A stretch of DNA of 63,600 nucleotides, counting the filler, from Rhabdomonas costata (taxonomy: Eukaryota), in NCBI GenBank assembly GCA_019059605.1. It is 35 parts of 35 records of this genome, joined end to end, with 100 filler letters (N's around TTAATTAATTAA, not from the genome) between each part and the next. Parts side by side here need not be neighbours in the genome. Positions count along the whole stretch, not along the records: positions 1 to 1,721 come from JAHMHO010010101.1; positions 1,822 to 3,540 come from JAHMHO010010102.1; positions 3,641 to 5,360 come from JAHMHO010010103.1; positions 5,461 to 7,179 come from JAHMHO010010104.1; positions 7,280 to 8,999 come from JAHMHO010010105.1; positions 9,100 to 10,818 come from JAHMHO010010106.1; positions 10,919 to 12,636 come from JAHMHO010010107.1; positions 12,737 to 14,451 come from JAHMHO010010108.1; 27 more parts are not named here. One strand, written 5' to 3'. The notes under the pieces were generated by a model. That model saw nothing but the letters and a program-made list of their open reading frames with translations. It ran no database searches and was not told the DNA's origin. Made by a program: the position numbers and the translations under genes. This document shows positions 1-13,000 of the stretch, one piece after another. Positions within the stretch are counted from its first letter, which is position 1. Each line of letters starts with the position of its first letter.

Positions 1-1721
1 GGTTTTTGTTCCCGTTGCAGTGTGGCACGCAATGCCGTCAAGTGCATCGGATATGCACTAGCAGCTGAATCTAAATCCAGCACTGAGACAACAACATGAC
101 CAAGATCCACTCCAAGTTTCATATGCATCATACACATCTGTAGTCCCATAATACATGAATAACTCGCCATCACAGTCCGCTGCGCAACTGGAGCGACAGC
201 ACAACCTGTGTCGCACAGCACTACAAGAGAATTCGGAAGCGCAATCCCAGTGCATTGGACCTTAATCCAGCACAGCACTCCACCTCCGAATCCGCCCAGC
301 CTAAGGTACGACAACGTCAGCAGTGCATGTGTGAAGTTCTACAACTCATAACCGCACGTGCAATGCTGGCAGTTTGCTTTCAGCAGCTCGACGCACAGCA
401 GTAGCCACTTATCTGTGCTAATAGCACAACTAGAAAAGAGAAAATTAATTAATTTCCTCAGTTTTTGTACAACTAATGAATCTATTATGGTCTGTTATCT
501 TGAGATTTTTGATCAATTTTGTTTGAAAATTAAAGCCTAACAACGCAAAATTTGTTGAGTACAAACTGGGATACCAATGTCGTTTTTAAGACCCTTTTTG
601 TGGTTTCCTGTGAATTAAAAACGGCAAATGCATTGAATAATGACTTAATAATTACTCAAAATACAACATTTCATTAAATATAACAAACTAGTGTCCGCCA
701 AAACAAGTGAAAAAGAAAAAGGGCGAAACGTGCAATCTGTGGGCATTTAGCAATAAGCAGACAGGTTAATAAACGGGTTTGATATTAAGCAACCACGTTG
801 CACTGATAGCTACGGGTGAACTCACAGAAAAATTATTTTAGGGCAATAACTCAGTGAAAGCATAGTTGCATTCAGCCCACCAAACTCCCGGGGGCACAGC
901 AGACACAAATCAGAATTCTCAACCGCCAATGCATCAATGCTGCAATGCATCCTCTCTGGGTTTGAAAGAATTGTAGGCGGCGTGCACCAAATCGGACTCA
1001 CACAACTTTATTCTCGTAGAATTCACCAGCCAGATGAGACCTCTGCCCACGCGGTCATTTAACAACCAATTACGCTAAATTGTGCTTTTATGCGCCCAAC
1101 GTCTTGTTTGTTTGTCAAACATTTGCCTATTTCTTTTTCAGCCTATTAAACGACACACACGAAAGCAGTAACAAAAATTGAAATAAAACTAAACGTTATG
1201 CTCAGGATCTTCAGGTTCACTTTCTTCGACAGCAAATCTAACAGGGTACAAATATAATGCCAAAAACTCGTATAAACATCTGGAAATTAGCTTCCATCAT
1301 GATAGTTAAAAATGCACGGTATTCAACTTTTTTTATTTTTGCAGCATTACACACAATCTTGTAGCGCTTTGAGTTTTTCAATTTCTGCTAACTTTAGTGG
1401 AAATTTGTTGTGAAAAAACTGAAGTTTCGCACGTTCCTCTCCTTTTCCACCACAGTCACACATTTATATCTCTCATTCCCTGTGTTCCGGAACCCACCTC
1501 GCTCCTTTTCTCTTCCCGCCCACCATGTCCTCGGAGCCAGATCCTCAGCAGCGGCGCACCGAGGAAGCCCCCCAAAGTGGGCCCTGGAGCTCTCTGAACA
1601 GGTCCGCCACCTTAGCCAGCGAGTGGAAGCTCTGAGCCTGTCTTCCTCGCATCCTCCTCCCGCGGTGGCCTACCCGAAGGATGCCTCCGCTCAGGCACTA
1701 TCAAACCTGGCCACTGACCCA

Positions 1722-1821
1722 NNNNNNNNNNNNNNNNNNNNNNNNNNNNNNNNNNNNNNNNNNNNTTAATTAATTAANNNNNNNNNNNNNNNNNNNNNNN
1801 NNNNNNNNNNNNNNNNNNNNN
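1722..1821. other. Artificial contig spacer (44 N + TTAATTAATTAA + 44 N); first of 34 identical spacers, recurring about every 1.82 kb up to 61784-61883
   Basis: Identical 100-nt N/six-frame-stop linker at regular intervals. Contigs are nearly equal in length (1715-1766 nt), as in a size-sorted assembly. Confidence 0.99.
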
Positions 1822-2137
1822 ATTCCCTTCTACATGGTCTGACAGTACGGTGGTTTCCGTCAGTTTCATTTTGGGTCGGGGATTGACACATGCTTCTCTT
1901 TCATATGTTGCATCGACGGTTTGATGTGTATGGCTGGTATTTCTTTCTGATCGTGTATTACATACATTGGCAAAGCTCACTTTTGCTGGGCAGCTCTACG
2001 TGTACACGCTTATGAGGTACTTGAGCGCAGCCCCGCTGGTGGGCGTTGGATTGGATAGTTTGCCCAGTAGTGGGGGCCTGCCAGGGCACGAGCACGTGCT
2101 GCGATTTCTGACTTCGCTATTTGTCCTGGGGTTGCAG

Positions 2138-3097
2138 GGGCAGACGTCAACCTACTCAATGGCTACGGCGCCACTCCTCTTCACGTCGCGGCCTTCAACA
2201 ACACTGCCGCTGTCGCTCGCGAGCTCCTGGATGCAAGTTGGATCGCCCCGACCCACCCTGTTTTTTTCCTTATCTCATCAGGCATGTTACCAGCTTTCCT
2301 GGTATAGAGTAGCTCTTGATTCATGCCAGTCCGTGAGGTCGAGGGAAAGGAGATTTGAATTCCCAGTTTACTTGCAATCATTTTGTTGTGAGTGCCCGCA
2401 ACGTGCTGAATATTCTGAAGATAATCTTCCAGTTAATGGAAAAGGTGGACATTGGGGGAACATCAGAATATTTACGCTGGGCAGGCAGAATCCATTATCT
2501 ATGTCTTATTTTCTGTTTGTGTAGGGGCGAGTGTCGCCATTGTAGGGCCCGACCTGGCGGAGACTCCTCTACATCACGCCGCCCTGAAGAACTCTGTCGC
2601 GGTTGCACAGGCTCTTCTGGACTCAAGTGAGCTTGCCTCGCCTGAGCTTTTGTCCTTTCCCCCTTCTTCGTACACTCAGCGAGTGTGCATGCAGGGCACA
2701 GCTTCTTAATTCGATCCATCGAGCTCCCGACTGATAGATTCGTAATCAAGACAGACATTTGGTGCTGGAGTCTGGAGTCTGCTGCTTCCAAGTGCAAATG
2801 TGGAATGTCGTTTTCATTGGGCCTGGCTTTGTTGGTGTTGCTTTGGAGTTGGCTGGTTCACGGTGTTTCTTCACGGAACGCACTGACCAGCTGTATGTTG
2901 GAAGGTGATGAATTTGTTTGCACCTATTCAGCAATGTAGGTCGCTGTCGTTTCCGGCTAAAGGATTTCCCACACCGCACACTTTGCTGGATTTCTCAGAG
3001 GCCGACGTCAACGCCGCCAGGGCAGACGGGAACACAGCCCTCCATGTGTGTGCGATGTGCAACAGCGACGGCCTGATTGGCCCGCTGCGCCGCGCTG
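2138..3097 (+). CDS. Ankyrin-repeat protein, partial; exons 2138-2236, 2525-2626, 2999-3097
   Basis: Spliced translation GADVNLLNGYGATPLHVAAFNNTAAVARELLDA / RASVAIVGPDLAETPLHHAALKNSVAVAQALLDS / KADVNAARADGNTALHVCAMCNSDGLIGPLRRAG. TPLH/TALH ankyrin motifs; GT-AG phase-1 introns. Confidence 0.92.
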
Positions 3098-3863
3098 GTG
3101 AGTGGGGAGATGGGGGGTCATGGGAGTTTTGCTACCTGCAGCTGTGCATTAAATTTCGAAACGTACCTCACCCAGACAAGTGCTTGAGGGAATATGTCTT
3201 TTGGAGTTCACCTTCACAATTGTTCGAAGCGCTCTGCATTTTGAGTGTGCATGGTGTCCATGTTGAGTTTAAAATCGAGAGAGAGGTTACAGCTGTAGCC
3301 CATCGTAAAGATGATTAAAGCAACAACCGTATTGAAAGATGAAGGAAGCCTCAGATGCTTCTGTCTGAGTAGGTCAGCTGACGAGTCGAATGCCCTCCAT
3401 CCCCCCTCCGCCCAACTTAACACCAAAAAAAACCCTGAGGAAAAAAGAACTAACAAGAGCGAGCTATTCTTCTTGGGAGATCCTTTTCTCATTCTCATGC
3501 GCTGTTCTTGAGCGTTGTGCAGACCCAAACACACCAACACNNNNNNNNNNNNNNNNNNNNNNNNNNNNNNNNNNNNNNNNNNNNTTAATTAATTAANNNN
3601 NNNNNNNNNNNNNNNNNNNNNNNNNNNNNNNNNNNNNNNNGTGTTGGGTGTGGTTGGGGGGGGGTGGGGAAGTGGACCTCGAGTCCTCCCCTTGCCAAGT
3701 GCACCCTGTGTGCGTGTGTGCTCCAAGGCGTTTGCTTTTTGCACAGTGCAAGAACAGTTCCGAACAAAGTGGAGCTTGTTTCCTTTTTTCCCCGTCGAAC
3801 GCGGTGGCGCGACCCTCCCCTGAGCTCTGTACATTTGGTCTCGCTCATTTGCGGACGTTCCAG

Positions 3864-5141
3864 GTGTTCACGTACAACCTCCCCGGAGTGGCGGACAATT
3901 TGATGTTGACGCGATCGTTGCTTGTGGACATTTACTCAGGTTCGGCGTCATTGCTGCTTCTCATGTTTGTCCCTTGTTTGTTTGTCCTGTCGCAGTGTGG
4001 AATGGAATCTTTCCGATACTTAAGACCTGAAACCAGGCGTTGCACACCGCCTCCATCGTGTTCCCTGTCAAGTCAGTTACCTTTTCCGCTGAACATCTCA
4101 GGGGAATCGGCAAACCGCACTGGAAAAGTGAGGTTTTGTAAGGCTTTGCAACCAGCAGTTTGACTCTTTAGACGAATCGTAAACGATTGGAATACTCTGA
4201 AGGTTTAGTAGGTCGGATGTTTGTGGGGTGGCTCTCCAGGTGTCATATCAAGCTGGAATCACCCCGCAATAAAAGCGGTGAACCCCACGCTGGACATGCC
4301 CAACGCGACTATCACAGTGCTTTACCGCACGGTGCCTGTTTTTTCCTTAATAAGCGAAACTGGATTCGTGATGTATTCTCGGGCTCGCTTAAGGCATTGC
4401 TTTTTTTCACACATACGGCGTGCTCTTTTTGTGTCCAGTTTATTAACAAACGGAGACAAGTTTTTCCTGGTGTTGGTTTTAGAAGGACTGCATACGTCGC
4501 AGCATCTTGCGTTACAATACTACTTTCGAGGGGTCATGGCACAATTTTGTAATGCTGCACAGTGTCTGGCTCCCACGTTTTAGTCGGGCGGGACAGATGT
4601 TGTCCAGTTAGGCGGTGTTAGTGGTGCCCAGCGAAACATTGCCACACTGCCACCCTTTTCAAGTGGGTGGTTGCTGTTTTGTTTCTCATGGGTGTCACGC
4701 AAGGATAGTTATACCCCCCAATGTTCAGAGGAACGTGTGTGATACTTCCTGTGATACATCCATGGGGGTTGATTCGTGGGCCCGCGATGCCCCCTGCTGT
4801 TTTCGTCAGCGCGGCCTTCTTTTCAGCTGCTTGGCGCCGTAGGCGCGAGCAAATGTTTCGACTTTCATTTCGCAGCCATTTTCAATGCTACCGGATGGTG
4901 CATCGACGTTGAGTCGTGTGTCGTGCTCACAACTTTGTGCTCGGGTTGGCAATGCTATCTTTTTTCTGCACGCTATCTCTGGAAGGGTGACTCCGGCTCT
5001 ACCCAAGTCCTGACCTCAGCTCTAGCAGCCTTCAGCGCGGACTGGGACTTCAGGTTTGGGGTGTTCACCTCCGACTCGGGCTTCAACGGCTCCACGGCGC
5101 AGCTGATGGGGTGCACCAGCGACCAAGCTGTGGCTGCCCAG
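3864..5141 (+). CDS. PstS-like periplasmic phosphate-binding (PBP) domain protein, partial; exons 3864-3939, 4240-4331, 4986-5141
   Basis: Spliced VFTYNLPGVADNLMLTRSLLVDIYSG-VISSWNHPAIKAVNPTLDMPNATITVLYRT-GDSGSTQVLTSALAAFSADW. This matches the PstS pattern YNLPG..L.L....L..I..G.I..WNDP.I...NP...LP...I.VV.R.D.SGT. Intron phases are consistent. Confidence 0.85.
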
Positions 5142-6089
5142 GTTTCACCCATTTGGCTATGGCGGTGATTCTTGAGCAATGCCAAAGCATTGTTCTGTCA
5201 AGTTGTGTGACACTCGTGAACTGCTGTGTTGTGATATCTGTTCGATCACCTGTCCCTGGCTGGCTCAGCTTGGTTGATTAGGCAAGATGTTCGCTCTCAA
5301 AAGGGAAGGGTGGAAAAGGAGTTGTGCGATCTCTTCTGATTTTTTCATTGCCCAACCCACNNNNNNNNNNNNNNNNNNNNNNNNNNNNNNNNNNNNNNNN
5401 NNNNTTAATTAATTAANNNNNNNNNNNNNNNNNNNNNNNNNNNNNNNNNNNNNNNNNNNNTGTTTTGTTTTTGGGGGTTTGAAAGCAGGATAGTGGAGAT
5501 GCATATGTCCTCACGAGGGATGTATTTTAGATTGTGGAAGGTTTGAGAAGAAGGAACACAAACAATACCTCTTCATCTCCATGCACAATTCAGAGGCGGA
5601 TGGATTTTGATGGAAAGTGAACCCTCTATGCAAACATTTCTACCACCTAGCTTCACTGCGCTTTTTCTATGCGTCGCCGTGCTACGGATCCTCAGCTTCC
5701 GCGCTGCTTCACCGATGGCAGAGAGGAAGGCCCTGCCCCCAAGGCCTTCACCGGTCCCTTTCTGATCCTCTCCTCTTTTTGATGTGTGCCCAAATCTCTC
5801 ACTCGCTCGCCAATCATCTATCAGGCCGAGGAGCTATGCACCCGAGTATCACTCGCAGCTTTGGACTAAACCCCTACCACACCTATGACACCATCAAAAA
5901 CTGACTGTGTGTTTTTATAGACCTCTGCGAAAGCATGGAAAGAACGGAGGTTTAGTTGCTCTGCTGAGTTATTTTTTTTGGGGGGGGGTAGGGTGTTGTT
6001 GTTTCCTTCACCCACGTTCAACATCAGCTCAGGATCCCGAAATTCTCAGTTGTCGTCAGTGTCGTCAGTGTTGCCTTCTCACAGACCTG

Positions 6090-6449
6090 ATGGCCGAGTC
6101 GGACACCCTGCCTGGCCTCCTCGTTGTTTCCGAAGTTGAGCTTTGCATGCCCATGGGGTCAGCCTCACCCTCCACCTCGATGGCAACCGCGGCTGCAACG
6201 ACGAAGCAGCAGCACCATCGCCACAAGAGCGCAGTGGTCACGTTTCGGGCTCTTGTGGGGGGCTGTGGGGCACAGCAAGAGGTGCTGAGGCTTCGCCCGG
6301 CCACTTCTACCAAAGCCGCAGGGGCTTCTGGTTCCCGTGGGTCGGCCGAGGCCGCGCTGGGGTTGGGGTTTGAGTGCCGTGACCTTCGGGTTCAGCACTT
6401 GGTGGTCACGGTGAAGCCGAAGGCTTCCTCGGAGCCACCCGTCACTGCA
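6090..6449 (+). CDS. Probable first exon of a hypothetical protein (MAESDTLPGLLVVSEVELC...)
   Basis: GC-rich open frame starting 5 nt after a pyrimidine-rich CAG and ending at a GTATGA donor-like site. No family recognised. Confidence 0.4.
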
Positions 6450-8088
6450 GTATGATTTGCGTGGTTCGTTAAAAAGTCGACTTGTCGACTTTTCAGTGAT
6501 ATTGGGCTCCAAGTTTGCCTCCTTCTTTACAGGAGATTGGGCATTTTCTTCATCCAGCCGCACTGGTCAGTCTTGGAGCGACTCCGCCTGCATTTGGCAG
6601 TTGTCTGGGATAGTGTGAATCTGGAACTCGCCCCACACCCACCCCTGTTTCCGGATCAAGGGCCGGATATTTTGGTTGGCGAACTCATAAAAGAATTTGA
6701 AGAAGAATGGGTGGCCTTTCACGCCATTCCGTCAACAGACATCATTTCGCATCCTCAGGATGTTGTTTCGTACGGTAGAGCCTGCCTTATAACGGCATCA
6801 TCAAGAAAGTAAGACTGCCCTTCCTGGAAGGGACGCAACTGTGAGGCACTTCCTAAAAAATTTGGCAACATTCCCTCTCCAACGCTCCCCCCGTCCTACA
6901 AAAAAGGCCATCGCCTTGAGTTACCTCCCCACAAGCAAGCCCTGCGTGCGCACCATTGTGCTCGGCCGCTGCACACTTATGCTTGGGCTCCGGCTCGAGG
7001 TCCGCCACACTGCAGAGCACGGGCTACCCTGTGCTTGCACCCAAAGCCCCGGCCTGGTGGCTGTACTTCGTGGACTTTTTCGCCGCACTCCGCAACAGCC
7101 CGGCGGGCAGCGGACGGACGAGATGCCCATCTCCGCTGAGAGAGGGAGTGCTCCCCTAGCTCGCCATAAGGTAATTCGANNNNNNNNNNNNNNNNNNNNN
7201 NNNNNNNNNNNNNNNNNNNNNNNTTAATTAATTAANNNNNNNNNNNNNNNNNNNNNNNNNNNNNNNNNNNNNNNNNNNNGGGTGGTGGGAGCCTTCAGCG
7301 GGAGGAGAAAAGGAAGATGATGCAAGTGCAGAACGTCGCGCGTCACTTCTGCAAGCATCTTGTGAGAATCCCGAGAAGATCATGATGGTGGATATGGAGT
7401 TTGTGGAATAATCCAGTGAGGTGGTTGAGCCGAACCCACCATATCCTCCGGTGCTAAAACCCAAGCCGCGAGGCCAGTATTACACAGCTAGCACATTGGA
7501 CTACCTCTGTGGATTGGGAACGATGCGAGAGGTTCTTGGGCCTTTTGATTACAAATTTGTCTAGCCCGCAGAGTCCAAGGCGAAAAGCCCAGGTCAGGTT
7601 GCCCAGAGAATTTGCATGGGCATGGGATCATCTTGTGATTCACACAGTTGCATATCCAGTGTGTGGTGTCAAGCCGGCTGATATGCAAATTGTGGAATCC
7701 TAATTTAATCTATAATCATGTTTCAAAGATGGTTACTATGATTTTAAAACAAGAAGTTTTCAAGAATATGATGCTAAAACATATGCAATATTTATTAAAA
7801 AAGAAATTTCCAAAAACACGAAATGAAGTTATTATAAAAGAAGTGTAAAATGTGAAAAAGAAGTGTAAAGAAGTGTATAATGTGAACAGTTATTTGATCC
7901 TATATTTTGGAATAAAGAGTGCTTTTTTTGGAATAAGCAATGCCTTTTAAATTATGTAGCTTGGGCATTAGCTGGTGAAGTGGAAGATAAAACTTGGGTT
8001 GTTGGTCTTGGAAAGAGTGGTAGTTTTTTTTCCCAGGAATACTATTCAACATAGAACTGTACATAGTGCTTGTTGGTTAGTCGGCCGG

Positions 8089-8360
8089 TTAATCCCCCGG
8101 ACTTGGTTTTGCTGAAGCCTTCCGAACTGTGCGGACCTCTGTTGCTGCAGAGACGTGACGTTTTGTCACGTTTTGGTTCATACTTTCCATTTTACATCTG
8201 ATGGCTTCCTGCTCTACCATCGAGGGTGTTGAGGGTGTTGTGCTGCCTGTGCGTGCAGCCAGTGTCTTCAAGATTTCGAAATTGATGGCGTTGAGCATGC
8301 TACGCAGCTGGATGAGGGATTGTGCCATGAATGCGAAGATCGCGACCCCTTCCATCAGTG
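8089..8360 (-). CDS. Probable terminal exon of a hypothetical protein
   Basis: T-run followed by an AG acceptor at 8362-8361, then an open frame LMEGVAIFAFMAQSLIQLRSMLNAINFEILK... to TAA. No family recognised. Confidence 0.35.
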
Positions 8361-9380
8361 CTAAAAAAAAGGGGACGGTGCTCACAACTTACCAAGCCAT
8401 TTCACTCTCACCATACCCCACTAAATGGGTGCTTTTTGGGGGTCAGAAAATGATACAGACACCTACAGACACCCTAACCCCAACCCTACTCGATCGAGAA
8501 TTTATATACAGAGTATCGGGTAATACGTTTTATATTAGGAATAAATTTAAGACCTCTGAACATGTGTTTCTAGATAGGATCATCATGACGATGAACATTT
8601 ACCAAGCAAGAAACTCAATCGCCACGCCGTTACTTATTCCTAAGGGGTTTGTGAAAGTATGTCGGTCAAAGAAGTTACACCGCAGGATGGCTTGGCTCCT
8701 CCTGCCAGTGAGGATTTGATGATGAAGATTACAATCTTAGTATCATCTGTGTGGGTGCTCGGATTCGAATCCCACCCGGCCAGTGCTTGGTTACATGACG
8801 TAAACCCCTGCAAACTCTGAGTTGTGTGGACTGAAATTGCAGGAAAGCAAAAACAACATCATCCCGCGTGTAAGTTTTGCTTTGAAGGCGAGGTTGTTTC
8901 AGTCTTGACCTCAACGGGATTTTGGGGCAAGGTAAAGTTCGGACTGGTTCGAGTCTTTCTTGGGCCTGAAGTTGAGATCACGGCCTACAACACCCAACCN
9001 NNNNNNNNNNNNNNNNNNNNNNNNNNNNNNNNNNNNNNNNNNNTTAATTAATTAANNNNNNNNNNNNNNNNNNNNNNNNNNNNNNNNNNNNNNNNNNNNG
9101 GGTGACGCACAGAGAACAGGGACTAAATACACGAGGGGAACCATTGAGCCTGTTGTTTCACATTAGACCCGCCACAGGCAATGTCAATCGTCCACATTGC
9201 AAGGAAAGGGAAGCAAACGCGATGACGGCACAAAACATTGCCACAACACTACAAACCAATGCCACAACAAAGATTCCCTAAGGAAAGAAAATCGATCCCC
9301 ATATACAAAAACCCAACGTCTGACATGCTGCGGCTTCATCTGGTGTAAAATGAACTGAACCGGCTGTGCAAGGTATGCAC

Positions 9381-10081
9381 CCTGGTCTTGGTCTCCACGC
9401 GAACGTGAAGCTCGCGGACCCTGAGGCTGACCCGGCCCGCAAGGCGGGTGCTAATCGGGTTGATGAGATGCAGCCCAGGGTGCTGCAGCTCGCTGAACTG
9501 GCCCCAGCACTCTGTGCACACACGAAGAAGCCCACAGAGAAAAAACAGCGAAAAAGGAAATCAGCTCATGCTGCCAAGCTGCAACCCCGGACCCTAGGCT
9601 CTACTTGAATCACAGAGGACCCACGCATCGCTTACTAGCCACCTGCAATCACTCACCTCTTAAAAACAAACGCGGATTCTACCAGTGCAGGGTACTTATG
9701 GTACCACCCGGTACCCCCTCCCCCACGCACTATTCTTGAAGAGCCTCGTGTCCTCTTTTGCTTAAAAAAAAAAGCTCACGTTCTGGAGAAGCTCCAAGCC
9801 TGTGGGTATGTATTCGCCTGGCCGACAGACTGCGGTTGAAACGAGAGCTGCTGGGCGAAAGCAGGCGAGAGGACTGAACGGCTTCGCATCAGATTAACCC
9901 TAGATCAACCCCAACCCCAGCCCGAACCTAGAAAGCGCCTCAGAGCAGGTGGAACAAAACGGGTCAGCCCGGTCAACCCACTCACAGTTACGCAACTTGT
10001 CCAGTGTCAAATATCAGTATAGCAGCCAAGGACACCTGCAATGCCCACCTCAGACTGAGGGATGGTGTAGCAACAGCCCAT
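9381..10081 (-). CDS. SPFH/band-7 (HIR-like) membrane protein, N-terminal part; exons 10081-10036, 9511-9381
   Basis: Spliced MGCCYTIPQSEVGIAECWGQFSELQHPGLHLINPISTRLAGRVSLRVRELHVRVETKTR. The SLRV..L.V..ETKT motif of HIR/band-7 proteins is present, with an MGCC acylation start. Confidence 0.88.
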
Positions 10082-13000
10082 TAGATGCTTTCGTGATGGG
10101 CTAACAAACACAAAGAGAAAGGGAAACAAGAAATGAGAGCAAGGTGGGGTGGAGAGGTGGGGACTGGAGAGAAGGCAGACGACAAAAACGGGGAACGGCG
10201 TGAAAATGAGACAAACACTGCGAGCGATGGTGTCAACAGTTGGCATGCATCCCCCTCCCCTTCCATCCTCCAAAAACAACCGTTTTCATGCTTGAGTTCT
10301 TGAGTTCGGGGTTTGTATCTCGAATGTCACTTTTTGGGGGGTTTCAAAGTGGCAAAAAACTCACATTGTAAAGTGCGAAAGAATGGATATGTGCAACAGA
10401 AGGTTCTCTTGGACCGAACGAAAAGCTTGGCCGAAAAAATCGCTTTTGTGAGCTGTTAGTTATTTGGCAGGATTGCTCTGTGAACTTTTTGTGTCTTCTT
10501 CTTCCCTACTGTTCCTGCAATTCCTGGCGTGTTGCAGGCGCAATGCGGGCAATGCGGTCAGCAGACTTTGATCTTTTTAGACCGGGAGAAATGCCGCCAA
10601 ATTTTTTCAAAATTCTAAAAACCCCCTCCTTTAGATGAGCAAATTATGTTCCGTTTCAGAAGCCAAACGGAGCCGGTGCTTGTTCTTGGTGGGAGCAGCA
10701 CCGGTACGCAGGGAAAAGGCAAAAAGCAATGCACAGCACCAAACAACGGGTACAACTAGATTTTGTGGAAAAAACCAAACAACGCAAATCCACCACCACG
10801 TAACACCATAGCAAAAACNNNNNNNNNNNNNNNNNNNNNNNNNNNNNNNNNNNNNNNNNNNNTTAATTAATTAANNNNNNNNNNNNNNNNNNNNNNNNNN
10901 NNNNNNNNNNNNNNNNNNGGGGGTGGTGAGCTGCATCGTGGAGGACGCTCCCACGGGGCGGCCATCGCGGCCTCGCTGCGCCTCAGCAGATCCCTAATGC
11001 ATGCATTTCACGCAACAGCATCCCGGGGCGAGGGTTAACGGGGAAACCCAAAGTCCTCTCTTCGCCTTCGCGAACACAGTCAATTTTGAAGAACAGACGC
11101 TGAGACTTTTTGCTTGAGGCAGAAGGTTGTCCCAACCTTCTGATTAAAGGACGCTGTCATTCAATAACCAAACCAACCACCATTGCATCGCAGTTGTAGC
11201 CAAGCTTCCGACCAAGATAACCCAAATCCCTTCGGTCCCCCAAATCTCCTTCTGTTTGTCGATGCAAAACAGACACAGACACACACCCGACGATCGGTGG
11301 ACGGGCTTCGGGTTTTTCCTGATCTGGAGCCCTCACTTGAGTACTTCTGCTTGTTTTGCTCCCTGAGGAGAAAGGAGAGGAAGGAGCAACAGCAGGTGAA
11401 GAATGTGCCCACGATGCGGACAGTCGGATCGGGGCACGGACAGAAATCGGAAAGCAATCGAACACCGTCCCCATCACATTATGGATACCCACTCGCCCCT
11501 TCGGGATTCTTTCGGATTAATTTGAGCGTATCTCTTTATCCCGAAAAACAGACGGGGCACTGCATTGTTTCTTACGACATGGTGGTGTGGAGCCAAAAGG
11601 GAAACAATTTTTTCCCATTCAGTCAATTTCAGTCACGGTGATGTTAGAGGGCAACCTCGCGAAACGCTCCGTTCCGGTTCTTGCACCCTTTAGGTTGGTA
11701 ACCACCCCTGCCCCTTAGCGGCTCTTCCTTTTTTATCTTGTGCCGCTTCTTTCCCCAGCGTTTAGTTACTGTGCGGGCCAGAAATCGCGCGCGCGGGTGG
11801 TTGGGTTGGTCAGTCATCATGACACACTCGATTTCCAGCAGCATCCGCTCCTTCAGCATTCTCAGCTTCTGAAGCGAAGGGGAGTTCTGCGCGAGCTCCT
11901 GCAGCTCCACAGACTCCTCGACGGGCTTCCGCCCATGGGGGCCCTTCTTCCGGAGAACTTCCATCTCTTCCTCACTCACTCTCTCTTTTCTGTTTGTCAC
12001 GCTCTCACCACGAAGCGAAAAAGTGAGGTGACAAACGAAGAGACCACATTCATACAACCGCTGGAAACATTGAAGCGTCCAAAAGCTGCGAAGAAGGTAA
12101 TGGACAGGACAGCACATGGGACTGCGCAGCGCTTCGCCGTGCAAAGAAAACAACACACCAGCTCTTTTTCTCAATTTTGAGGTGCTCAGCAAAAAAAAAC
12201 TCATCTGCGGAGCACAGTTTACCTACTTCTCTTAGACTAAAACTCATTTCTAGGGTACTGTTACATTTTCAACAACCCTTTTCAACTACAAAAAATAGGA
12301 AATTTTACATACAGGGCAAACTTGACACCTTCGAATGGCGCTGAAACGTTTCGCAGCAGTACCCTATACTTAGATCCCCGCCTCCCACCCTCGAACCTCC
12401 CAGAAGCCCATGGCTCATTTCCAACGAATAAGGCTCCTTTTTTCCCGAACTTTTCCGAATCAATGCGTGAAGACTATAATCCGTTCTCCCAAAAGCCCTC
12501 AACGAACACATAAACCAAACTCCTAGGAAGTTCCACCAGGCATTACTTTACAATCATGGAAGAAGGTATGAAGGACACAGCGGCTGAAGTCTCGCCGGAC
12601 ACGATAGAAATGGCAGCATCCACATCTTTGTGAGGGNNNNNNNNNNNNNNNNNNNNNNNNNNNNNNNNNNNNNNNNNNNNTTAATTAATTAANNNNNNNN
12701 NNNNNNNNNNNNNNNNNNNNNNNNNNNNNNNNNNNNGTTTTGTGGGTAAGCTCCCAAGATCTGGGCTAGCCCCCTCCCCCCTGCGGGGCCCAAGAACACA
12801 CCTGGGGAAGGGTCACTGCCCTCCAACACGGAAAACTCTTCGCCGGGAATCGTTCGCTGGGGTCGAACTTGGCAGATACGCCGTTAGGCACACCCGGCAT
12901 AACTATACTTAGCGCACCCCCCCCCCTTCCTGGAACCCATGAGATAGCATCGACAGTGCGGAGGCACTTTTCGAGCATATCGCCATCATATCTGTGAAAA

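Noticed and set aside
32-334. Gln-rich plus-strand frame interrupted only by TAA/TAG, suggesting TAR=Gln recoding
   Set aside because: Four stops in about 100 codons is near random expectation. All well-supported exons in the window are free of in-frame stops, and TAG/TAA appear as terminators.
7280-7703. Protein-like frames with internal stops and a frameshift
   Set aside because: No recognisable family. Probably a decayed repeat or pseudogene, but it cannot be supported.
8745-8785. GGATTCGAATCCC resembling a tRNA T-arm
   Set aside because: No D-arm, anticodon arm or acceptor stem could be built.
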